Source: Armatimonadota bacterium
GTDB taxonomy: Bacteria; Armatimonadota; Armatimonadia; Armatimonadales; Armatimonadaceae
NCBI GenBank assembly: GCA_043754515.1
Contig: JAYUUO010000139.1
Coordinates: 1 to 37,931 of the forward strand
Direction: 5' to 3'
DNA: 37,931 nt
Shown: positions 29,866 through 37,931 of the stretch, piece by piece
Layout of the letters: the number at the start of each line of letters is the position of its first letter
Position numbering within the stretch: position 1 is the first letter of the stretch
Notes under the pieces: model-generated
Told to the model about the DNA's origin: nothing
Databases searched by the model: none
The model's input: the letters and a program-made list of their open reading frames with translations, nothing else
Made by a program: the position numbers and the translations under genes

Positions 29866-30609
29866 TTAGTTCGTTCGGGAACACGGAGTCGCCGCGAGGG
29901 CGCGGCTCAGGATCGTCTCCGAGTCTTCCAGATGCGCCCGCATTGCCTCCCGCGCGCCCGCCTCGTCCGCCGCTTCGACGCGGGCAAAGATCGCGCGATG
30001 GTGCCCTTTGCCGCTTTCGAGCGAGCGCGGGACGCGTGCGCTGAGTCGCCGCACCTCGCGCAGGACGTCCACCACCAAGTCCAGTAGCACCGGGAACAGC
30101 GGGTTTGCCGTCGCGCGGGCGAGCGCGGCGTGGAACGCGACATCCGCCTCAATATAATTGTCGCTCGGCACAGCGAACATTTTCATGCGTGACAGAAAAC
30201 CCTTCATTGCCGCGAGATCTTCCGGCGAACGGCGGAGCGCAGCAAGCCCGGCTATCTCCACTTCGAGCGTGCGCCGCGCCTCCTGTACGGGGGCGTAATC
30301 GGGCGCGGGCAGGTTACCGCGTAGCATTCGGGTGAGCGAGCGTGAGACGGTTCGCGCGTCGGGCACGCGCACAGTGTTCCCGCCGCTCGAAAGCGATTCC
30401 AGTAGCTGTTGCGCGGTCAGCATGGCTATCGCCTCGCGGATCACGGTGCGACTGACGCCGAAGCGGTTGCCGAGTTCACGTTCGGCGGGCAACTTATCGC
30501 CGGGGCAGAGCCGTTGCGCGTCCATGCCCTCGCGCAGGCGTTCGGCGACGCGGTAGACGAGCGTTGCCTCGCGGGGGAGGGGGGCGATTACGTCGTCCGC
30601 GCTTCGCAT
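29866..30609 (-). CDS. GntR/FadR family transcriptional regulator
   Basis: PGDKLPAERELGNRFGVSRTVIREA; FCD domain ADVAFHAALARATAN...H..IF...MRAHL. Confidence 0.93.
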   Translation of the reverse strand: MRSADDVIAPLPREATLVYRVAERLREGMDAQRLCPGDKLPAERELGNRFGVSRTVIREAIAMLTAQQLLESLSSGGNTVRVPDARTVSRSLTRMLRGNLPAPDYAPVQEARRTLEVEIAGLAALRRSPEDLAAMKGFLSRMKMFAVPSDNYIEADVAFHAALARATANPLFPVLLDLVVDVLREVRRLSARVPRSLESGKGHHRAIFARVEAADEAGAREAMRAHLEDSETILSRALAATPCSRTN

Positions 30610-30617
30610 AGTGTGTG

Positions 30618-30649
30618 ATGGTATACCGTAAGATCAGGTGGGGTGGCAA
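30618..30649 (-). promoter_or_regulatory. Promoter and probable FadR-type operator of the catabolic operon
   Basis: Minus-strand TTGCCA ... GGTATACCAT ends 8 nt before the ATG. The palindrome GGTATACC (30620-30627) resembles GntR/FadR boxes. Confidence 0.5.
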
Positions 30650-30776
30650 GTCGGAGGGTGGGTCTGCGCGGATTGGTCCTCACCCACGTGTCCCATCCTA
30701 GATCGGAAAGTTCTGAAGCCCACTGTTGATTGTGCGAGCAACGAAGCTATGTCGCAACTGCGGTACCGGCATTTGC

Positions 30777-31652
30777 TTAAAGCGACGAGCAAGAAGCGCA
30801 AGCCACCACGACGCGATCAATCCCCGCGAGATCCGGAATCACATCCACTTCGGCGAACCCGGCACTGCGGAAAAACCCCGTGACCGCTTCCGCCTGACCC
30901 CGGCCTACCTCGACCACGGCGCGCCCCCCGTCCCTCAGGTAGCCGCGCGATTCGGCGGCGATTCGGCGGTAGAAGTGGAGCGCGTCCGTGTGAACGCCGA
31001 GCGCGAGGCGCGGCTCGAAGTCACGCACTTCCGGCTCCAGTTCCTCAATCTCGACGGGCGCGATGTACGGCGGGTTCGCCGCGACCACGGTGAACCGCAT
31101 GCCAGTCGGCACCGGCGCGAACAGATCACCCGCGAGAAGGGTCACGCGATCCGCGACCCCGTGCCGCCGCGCGTTCGCCGCCGCGACAACGAGTGCTGTC
31201 TCGCTGAGGTCGGTCGCGACAATTCGTGCCTCCGGCAATCGCACGGCGACCGCGACCGCGATAGCCCCGGAGCCGGTGCAAAGGTCGAGTACGGAAAAGT
31301 CGGCTCCCACCCCCTCCTCTCGTTCCGCGGCGATGACCGCCTCCACCACGCCCTCTGTTTCCGGGCGCGGGATCAGAACGTCGGGGGTGACGGTCAGCGA
31401 CAAGCCGTAGAACTCGCGCGTCCCGGTGATATAGGCGAGCGGTTCGCGGCGGGCGCGGCGAGCGATCAGGGTTTCGTAGTGGAGTGCGTCTGGCTCCGTC
31501 AGCGGGACTTCGGGGCGTAGAAACAGTTCTTCTCGGGTGACGAGGGCGGCGTGTCGCAACAAAGTGGTCGCTTCCGCGCGGGCATCGCGGGGCGGAATCC
31601 CGGCTTCGCGTAGCCGCCGCGCGGCGTCCGCGACCGCCTCGCCGCGCGTCAT
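30777..31652 (-). CDS. prmC: Release factor glutamine methyltransferase
   Basis: RRARREPLAYITG, VLIPRPETE, LDLCTGSGAIA, NPPY and EPRLAL. Confidence 0.96.
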   Translation of the reverse strand: MTRGEAVADAARRLREAGIPPRDARAEATTLLRHAALVTREELFLRPEVPLTEPDALHYETLIARRARREPLAYITGTREFYGLSLTVTPDVLIPRPETEGVVEAVIAAEREEGVGADFSVLDLCTGSGAIAVAVAVRLPEARIVATDLSETALVVAAANARRHGVADRVTLLAGDLFAPVPTGMRFTVVAANPPYIAPVEIEELEPEVRDFEPRLALGVHTDALHFYRRIAAESRGYLRDGGRAVVEVGRGQAEAVTGFFRSAGFAEVDVIPDLAGIDRVVVACASCSSL

Positions 31653-32038
31653 GGTTCGCTCTCGACCAGCACTGCGAACGCCATCGCGATCTCCTTCAAG
31701 TGCGAGAGCGAGATCAAAACCCGGCGACCGTTCGCCCGGATCAGCGCGCGCCCCGTCAGGCAGATGGAGGGGAAACCGGTGAGGGCGCGAACGACCTCAA
31801 TATCGCGCAATCCGCACCCCCCGCCCAGGCACTTGACCACCGCCTCCTTCGCCGCGAACCGGGCGGCGACGTGCGGGGCGGGGTCGGGGCGGGAGAAGCA
31901 GTACGCGGATTCAGCATTTGTGAGGACGCGCCGCGCGAACCGCTCCGGGTCACGCGCGAGTACGCCCCGGATGCGCCCCACGTCGGCGAGGTCAACGCCG
32001 ACTGACACCACCCGCGCTCCGTGCAGTGGCGGAAGCAT
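31649..32038 (-). CDS. acpS: Holo-[acyl-carrier-protein] synthase
   Basis: VGVDL, ARFAAKEAVVK and ISLSH; ATGA overlap with prmC. Confidence 0.93.
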   Translation of the reverse strand: MLPPLHGARVVSVGVDLADVGRIRGVLARDPERFARRVLTNAESAYCFSRPDPAPHVAARFAAKEAVVKCLGGGCGLRDIEVVRALTGFPSICLTGRALIRANGRRVLISLSHLKEIAMAFAVLVESEP

Positions 32039-32055
32039 GATCAACCAGGCCGCGC

Positions 32056-33072
32056 TCAGTGCCCGGCGTTGGCGTCCTCGGCTTCCAGAAATCGGATCGC
32101 GTCCATCGCAGCCATGCAACCCATGCCCGCGGCCGTGATCGCCTGCCGGTATTCCGTGTCATGCACATCGCCCGCCGCGAAGACGCCGGGGATTCCCGTG
32201 TGCATCCCGTGCGTGACGCGGATATAGCCGTTCTGATCCAGGTCGAGCTGTCCCTTGAACAGGTCGGTGACCGGTTCGTGCCCGATGGCGACGAAAACGG
32301 CGTCGGTCGGGAAGGTGCTCTCCTCGTCCGTGAGCAGGTTCTGCAAGCACACCCCGGTCACCTTACCCTGCGCCGGATCATATATGTCTTTGATCGCGGT
32401 GTTCCAGATGAACTTGATCTTCTCATGGTTAAGGGCGCGGTCGGCCATTACCTTGCTGGCGCGGAGCGTGTCTCTTCGGTGGATTACGGTCACGGAGTTC
32501 ACGAGACGGGTCAGGTACAGTGCCTCCTCCATGGCGGTGTCACCGCCGCCGACTACGACTACGTCCTTTCCCTTAAAGAAAAAGCCGTCGCACGTCGCGC
32601 ATGCGGAGATGCCACGATTGTATAGGGCGGTTTCGGCGGGCAACCCCAGCCATTTCGCTTTCGCGCCGGTCGCTATAATCAGCGTCCGCGCGTGGTACGT
32701 GTTGCCAAGTTGCGTCTTGATCGCGAACGGGCGCGAGGATAGGTTGACTTCGATTGCCTGCTCACCGGACGAGTCTTCGGGGTACGAGGGGTCCGCGAGC
32801 GGGATCACCGCGCCGACCCGCACGGCCTGTTGCTCGATCTCTTTCATCAACGCGGGGCCGGAGATAGGGTCGCGGTAGCCGGGGAAGTTTTCGACGTCGG
32901 TCGTGATCATCAGTTGCCCGCCGCGGTTAATGCCGCCGAGCACCAGTGGATTCAAGCCCGCGCGCGCCGCGTAAATAGCGGCTGTCAACCCAGAGGGGCC
33001 GCTCCCTAAAACCACGACATCGCGGAGCGTGTCAGTCGCGCTATTTCGTGTGCCGTCCGTTGTTGTTTCCAT
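32056..33072 (-). CDS. trxB: Thioredoxin-disulfide reductase
   Basis: GSGPSG, GGQL..T..VENFPG, CATCDG, GGGDTAMEEA and GDV...YRQAITAAG. Confidence 0.97.
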   Translation of the reverse strand: METTTDGTRNSATDTLRDVVVLGSGPSGLTAAIYAARAGLNPLVLGGINRGGQLMITTDVENFPGYRDPISGPALMKEIEQQAVRVGAVIPLADPSYPEDSSGEQAIEVNLSSRPFAIKTQLGNTYHARTLIIATGAKAKWLGLPAETALYNRGISACATCDGFFFKGKDVVVVGGGDTAMEEALYLTRLVNSVTVIHRRDTLRASKVMADRALNHEKIKFIWNTAIKDIYDPAQGKVTGVCLQNLLTDEESTFPTDAVFVAIGHEPVTDLFKGQLDLDQNGYIRVTHGMHTGIPGVFAAGDVHDTEYRQAITAAGMGCMAAMDAIRFLEAEDANAGH

Positions 33073-33326
33073 CGTAAAATAACCTTGCTAATCCGTTACG
33101 GCGCGCCCTAGATCGCCGCCCACCGTTCATCACGCCCACCGTTTGGTAGGTCATAGCGGGTGAATTCGCATGACTCACTCATCAAAAAACTACTCCGCTG
33201 TCATACATACGCGCTCCTCGTTCGTCGTGCCCTTGGCCATGTCCCGATAACGGCGTCGCGGCCCACGCGTTGAATCATGCGCACCCCTACTATTACAACT
33301 GACGTACCTTTACCGTTCCCTGACAT

Positions 33327-34820
33327 CTAACTCGCGAACAGACTGCTGAGCGCGGCGAACGTCATGGCGTTCTGGCAGAAGTGGATCACGATCCCCGGTA
33401 CCAGGCTCTGGCGCATTTCGCGCGCCGTGGCGAGTACGCAACCGAGGCCGAAGATCGGCAACCAGTCCCCCGGCGGATGCACCACGGCGAAACAGGCCGC
33501 GGAGATGAGGACGCAGGCGGGCGTGCGCAACCGCGTCTTCAGCGCGGAGTACAACACGCCCCGGAAGAACAGTTCCTCGAAGATCGGCGCGGCAAGCGCG
33601 ACCAGGCAGAACAGAACGAACCGCCCGATCCCGCTTCCCTCGCCCGCGATCATCGGCAGAACCGGGTTCGGCGCGGGGGTCGCTCCTATCCCGTGGAGTA
33701 TCGCTTTATTTAACGTCGCGAGTAACAGCGAGATCGGTAACGCCGCGCAGAAGCCCGCGACGCCGTACAGGACGTCGCTGAACCCCGCCGTCCGCAGACC
33801 GAAGGCGGGGAAACTCCAGCGTTCCGCCCGCGCCCGGTGCAGTAGATACAGCGTCGCCAGACCGCCCGTGCCGACGTAGATGCACGCCGCCAGATATACG
33901 AGCGGGAGCGCGGCGAGGGCGGGGATGGTGCCCGCCAGCAGGCCGACCGCGCGGGAGATGGCGAGGTAGGCTACAAAACAATCCAGCAAGGCACCGAACG
34001 AAAGCGGGTTCGCGGTCCCGACGGGCGGGGTTTCGGGCGCGGGGACGCGGGCGATGGTGTCCCACTTGCGCCCGCTCGCGGCGATGGCGAACAGGATCAG
34101 GAAGATGACCCCGGCGAGTCCCGCGCCCACCGCCAGCAGACCCATCAGAACAAGCCGTAGCATCTCGGAGGAGGCCCGCCGTTGTAGCGCGTCAGCTACT
34201 CGCTTCGCGTCGGCGACGCGATCCGCCGCCGTGTAGACGTCCGCGATGACTTGCGATTCGAGTATTCCCAGATGGAACGCTCGGACGCGGGGGAGGAGAC
34301 GGTCGGCGTCAACGGGGTCGAAGCGTCTCTCCTTTGCGCCGTAGATTGAACGCCATAGCGCGGTCTCCGCGCCGACCGCGCCCGCCGACGCGCCACTCGC
34401 GGAAAGGTTGCGGGCGAGGATCGCGGTCAAGAATGCCTCGTCGAGCGGTTTCTTCGCCAGGTGTTCCAGCACGATCACCTTGCGCGCCGACTGAATCCCT
34501 TTATTGCCCATCGCGATCTCGCGGTAGCTGTCGGCGGCGGCTTCCGCGTACGACTTCTGCTTCCCTTGCGCTTTCTTCGCCCCCGCCTGACCCGCGAGCG
34601 CGGGCACCAAAGCCAGGTGCGTTTCGTATTCGGCCCCTTGCAACGATTGTAGCCCCGCCGCCGTGATTCCGGCGCGCTTAATTGACTTCGCGGCGGGAGT
34701 CTCCACCGCGAGCCAGCGGGGCAGGGCGTAGGTCGCGAACAACACGGCGAGCCAGACCCACAGCGACGCGGGGAGACGCCATGGGTTCACGGGAGTAATG
34801 GGTTCTGCTTCGGTTTGCAT
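33327..34820 (-). CDS. CPBP (CAAX/Abi) family intramembrane metalloprotease with a large N-terminal helical domain
   Basis: APIFEELFFRG, FAVVH and SLVPGIVIHFCQN; multiple TM helices. Confidence 0.9.
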   Translation of the reverse strand: MQTEAEPITPVNPWRLPASLWVWLAVLFATYALPRWLAVETPAAKSIKRAGITAAGLQSLQGAEYETHLALVPALAGQAGAKKAQGKQKSYAEAAADSYREIAMGNKGIQSARKVIVLEHLAKKPLDEAFLTAILARNLSASGASAGAVGAETALWRSIYGAKERRFDPVDADRLLPRVRAFHLGILESQVIADVYTAADRVADAKRVADALQRRASSEMLRLVLMGLLAVGAGLAGVIFLILFAIAASGRKWDTIARVPAPETPPVGTANPLSFGALLDCFVAYLAISRAVGLLAGTIPALAALPLVYLAACIYVGTGGLATLYLLHRARAERWSFPAFGLRTAGFSDVLYGVAGFCAALPISLLLATLNKAILHGIGATPAPNPVLPMIAGEGSGIGRFVLFCLVALAAPIFEELFFRGVLYSALKTRLRTPACVLISAACFAVVHPPGDWLPIFGLGCVLATAREMRQSLVPGIVIHFCQNAMTFAALSSLFAS

Positions 34821-34851
34821 CTAAGTGAAGAGCGGGGGACAGATACGATAT

Positions 34852-35538
34852 TTACGCGGACGGCTTCCCGGCCGCTGGGGAACGCGCGGGATTGACGTGC
34901 TTCTTGTATGTGCCGTCTATGATCGAGCGGATGCGATTCAGGTTCACCGGCCCGGAAACGTCGTCGGGGAACCGCGCGACGACATGCTCCCACGCCGCCA
35001 GCGAATTTTTCGTATTGCCAGTCTTTTCGTAGGCGTGGCCGAGCATCTTCCACGCCATGACGGGTGCCTCTTTGCTCTTGGTAGCGACTTGCAGGTGCGT
35101 CAGGGCGTCCTTATACTCGCGGCGTACCATCAACTGTTCGGCGAAGGTATACTCGGCCTTCCACTTCGCTTTGGCGCGGGCCGTTCCGTCCGCCATCAGC
35201 GCGTTCGCGGCGGGCTTGTCGCCCATGCTCCACAATATCCAGGCGGCGCAGGAGTAAGCCTCGTCGAACTCCGGGTCGGACGCGACGCAGACGCGGCAGA
35301 GCGCGACGATGCGGTTGTAGTCGCCCTCGTGGAAGTAATGGTCGGTATTCGCCCAGACTCGATCCACGACGCGATACTCGAGGCCGTCTAGCTGGACGGA
35401 CGGTTTGGAGATCTGGGTGGACGGTTTGCTAGGGGCGGTCGTCTGCGCGAGGGCGGCACCGCAGAGCCAGAGCGCGACGCTGGTGACGGTGACGGTCGCG
35501 GTGACGGCGCGGGCGCAAGCGTTAAGAGGATGTGTCAT
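34852..35538 (-). CDS. Secreted tetratricopeptide-repeat protein
   Basis: Signal peptide ending ALA-Q, and TPR motifs (AWKMLGHAYEKTG..KNSLAAWE...FP). ATG 35538 lies 5 nt after TGcTACAAT. Confidence 0.78.
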   Translation of the reverse strand: MTHPLNACARAVTATVTVTSVALWLCGAALAQTTAPSKPSTQISKPSVQLDGLEYRVVDRVWANTDHYFHEGDYNRIVALCRVCVASDPEFDEAYSCAAWILWSMGDKPAANALMADGTARAKAKWKAEYTFAEQLMVRREYKDALTHLQVATKSKEAPVMAWKMLGHAYEKTGNTKNSLAAWEHVVARFPDDVSGPVNLNRIRSIIDGTYKKHVNPARSPAAGKPSA

Positions 35539-35786
35539 GCGGCATTGTAGCATATTCGAGGGCGGGGGGAGTGACGGTTGTATGTGGTCGGCGCTCCAGT
35601 AGCCCATATACGGTATGACTCGCCCGCCGATCACGATCCGCAGACCGCCGTGAACGTGGTGACCGACCTTGAGTGCCGCGAGCGTCAACCGCTCGCCGCT
35701 TCTAGCGTCCTCACCCTCATCATAGCCCCTAGGGACGGATAGGTTGCCGAACGATATGCTGACCGGCTCCGGCACCACATCGTCCA

Positions 35787-37895
35787 TCAAGATTCCTCCG
35801 CGTCCGGCACGTTCCGCGCCAGTTCGGCGAGCCAGGGCGCGGACTCGCCGTCGCTCGGTGCCCGCCAGTCCCCGCGCGGCGAGAGCGACCCGCCGCTTCC
35901 GACCTTCGGCGAGTTCGGGACGCACGACCGCTTAAATTGGCTGGTCTGGAAAAACCGCCACAGAAACTCGCGGAGCCACTTCTTGATCACCGGCAGACCG
36001 TAGGCGACGCGCTTGTCCGCGGGGTAGTCCTGCGGGAACTCGCCCGTTGCCGCGTCGTGCCACGCCGTCCAGCACAGGAACGCCACCTTGCTCGGTCGGA
36101 ACCCGAAGCGCGTTGTGTAATAGAGATGGAAGTCCTGGAGCGGGTATGGGCCGATCTTCGCCTCCGTGCTCTGCGCCGGCTCCGATTTGTCGCCCGCCGC
36201 GTCGCCGTGCGGGATCAGTTCGGGCGAGATTTCGGTCTCCACGATGGAGCGGAGCGTGGCACTCGCCCGGTCGCCGAACTGGTTCGTGTCTACGACCCAG
36301 CGCAGCAGGTACTGGATCAGGGTTTTCGGCACCGACGCGTTGACGTTGTAGTGGCTCATGTGGTCGCCGACGCCGTAGGTACACCAGCCGAGCGCGAGTT
36401 CGGAAAGGTCGCCGGTGCCGAGTACGAGCGCGTTCTGGAAGTTCGCGAGGCGGAACAGGTGCGAGGTCCGCTCCCCGGCTTGTACGTTCTCAAACGTGAT
36501 GTCGTAGACCGGTTTGCCGCCTACGAACGGGTGTTCTAAGTCGCGGAGCATTTGCAGGCACGACGGGCGGATGTCAATTTCGCGGGCGGTGACGCCGAGC
36601 GCGTTCATCAGTTCGCGGGCGTTTTTGAGCGTTTTGTCGCTCGTCGCGAAGCCGGGCAGGGTGTAGGCAAGGATGTTTTCGCGCGGCAGTCCGAGTTTAT
36701 CCAGGGTCCGAGCGGCGACGATCAGCGCGTGCGTGGAGTCCAGCCCGCCCGACACGCCGATTACGATCCTCTGGATGCGCGAACTATCGAGCCGCTTGGC
36801 GAGGCCCGCGACCTGGATGTTGTACGCCTCGTAGCAACGGGTGTCGCGAACCACGGCGTTGCTCGGCACATACGGGAACCGCTCGACGCGCCGACGCAAA
36901 GGGATGTTATCCGCTTCCGGCAACCCAAGCGTCACTGACACGTGGCGCGGGGCCGAGTGCAACCCTTGGAAGTCGCGCGCGGAGTCGGTGAACGAGGACA
37001 GGCGCGTCCGCTCCCCGATCAGCCGCTCGATGTCAACATCCGAGACGATCAGTTGCTCGCCGTCCGCGAACCGCTCCGACTCCGACAGGAGGTCGCCGTT
37101 TTCGTAGATCAGCGCGTGCCCGTCCCAGGCGAGGTCGGTCGTGGACTCGCCCGCGCCCGCCGCCGAATACAGGTACGCGGCGACGCACCGCCCGGAGTGC
37201 GCCGAACAGAGCGTCCGCCGCCAATCCGCCTTGCCGATGGTGATGTTGGACGCCGACAGGTTGCAGAGCACGGTCGCGCCGTTTAGCGCGGCGAACGTCG
37301 AGGGCGGCACGGGGGTCCAAACGTCCTCGCAGATCTCGGCGTGGAGCGCGAAGCCGGGCAGGTCCGTCGCCTCGAACAGCAGGTCAGTCCCGAACGGCAC
37401 CGTCGCGCCGAGCAGGTTTACCGCGTCCACGCCCGCGTCCCGCGCCGCCGCGAAGTACCGCTTCTCGTAAAACTCGCGGTAATTCGGCAGGTACGATTTG
37501 GGCGCGACGCCCAGAATAGCACCCCCACGCAGGATCACGGCGCAGTTATAAACACGGTTCTCGAAGCGGAGCGGCGCGCCGACGATAAGTAGCGCGGGCA
37601 GGTCAGTCGTCGCCCGCCGCACGAAATCTAGCGCGTTCGTCGTGGCGTCGAGCAACGTGTCCTGGTGGAACAGGTCGTCGCACGTGTACGCGGACAGGCC
37701 GAGTTCGGGGAACAGACAGACCTGCGCGTGTTCTTCGAGCACGGCGCGGCGGGCGAGGGCGACGGTGCGCTCCGCGTTGAACACGGGGTCGGCGACGCGG
37801 ACGTCGGGCACGGCGACGGCGACACGCGCGAAGCCGTGGGTAAACGGCGAGAAGAACGGGCGGCGGAGGGCGGGCCTGATGGTATCGGTATCCAT
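35787..37895 (-). CDS. nadE: Glutamine-dependent NAD+ synthetase
   Basis: Nitrilase triad FPEL / [15 protein letters not shown] / EICED, synthetase motif GVSGGLDST, and ENVQA, GTGDLSE and SPRGDW. Start at 37895 (leaderless) or 37919. Confidence 0.97.
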   Translation of the reverse strand: MDTDTIRPALRRPFFSPFTHGFARVAVAVPDVRVADPVFNAERTVALARRAVLEEHAQVCLFPELGLSAYTCDDLFHQDTLLDATTNALDFVRRATTDLPALLIVGAPLRFENRVYNCAVILRGGAILGVAPKSYLPNYREFYEKRYFAAARDAGVDAVNLLGATVPFGTDLLFEATDLPGFALHAEICEDVWTPVPPSTFAALNGATVLCNLSASNITIGKADWRRTLCSAHSGRCVAAYLYSAAGAGESTTDLAWDGHALIYENGDLLSESERFADGEQLIVSDVDIERLIGERTRLSSFTDSARDFQGLHSAPRHVSVTLGLPEADNIPLRRRVERFPYVPSNAVVRDTRCYEAYNIQVAGLAKRLDSSRIQRIVIGVSGGLDSTHALIVAARTLDKLGLPRENILAYTLPGFATSDKTLKNARELMNALGVTAREIDIRPSCLQMLRDLEHPFVGGKPVYDITFENVQAGERTSHLFRLANFQNALVLGTGDLSELALGWCTYGVGDHMSHYNVNASVPKTLIQYLLRWVVDTNQFGDRASATLRSIVETEISPELIPHGDAAGDKSEPAQSTEAKIGPYPLQDFHLYYTTRFGFRPSKVAFLCWTAWHDAATGEFPQDYPADKRVAYGLPVIKKWLREFLWRFFQTSQFKRSCVPNSPKVGSGGSLSPRGDWRAPSDGESAPWLAELARNVPDAEES

Positions 37896-37931
37896 ATTCT
37901 GATTGTACCGCCGTTCCATAGTTTGTGTGGA

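Noticed and set aside
30777..33072. trxB-acpS-prmC grouping without prfA as a novel system
   Set aside because: All three are ordinary housekeeping genes, and gene-order shuffling is the simpler explanation.

Overview
High-GC bacterial chromosomal window. A PEP-CTERM protein, an STN-domain protein, lipoproteins and a Spy-like protein point to a diderm; Armatimonadota-like is my guess, not a proven assignment. Housekeeping genes are intact: gltB, ilvA, prkA, purD, prmC, acpS, trxB, a CPBP protease and nadE. They surround three accessory blocks. (1) Cell-surface genes at 5.7-12.5 kb: STN-only protein, Ig-like lipoprotein, PEP-CTERM protein, Spy-like protein and a DUF2723 glycosyltransferase. 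(2) Small genes and remnants between prkA and purD (14.9-18.2 kb), including a frameshifted CbrC homologue and a small-protein/aspartic-protease pair. (3) An ~8 kb GntR-led sugar-acid catabolic operon (ketopantoate-reductase-like, metallo-beta-lactamase (MBL) hydrolase, Zn-dehydrogenase, FAH, VOC, DUF1537 kinase, LutABC) converging on a GH78 alpha-L-rhamnosidase. This operon looks like an undescribed variant of non-phosphorylative deoxy-sugar catabolism and is being pseudogenised. The best non-coding candidates are a ~320-nt structured 5' leader of gltB with alternative pairings, a shared ECF-like promoter motif upstream of prkA, the Spy-like gene and trxB, and several leaderless genes. All family calls come from motif recognition by eye; no searches were run.
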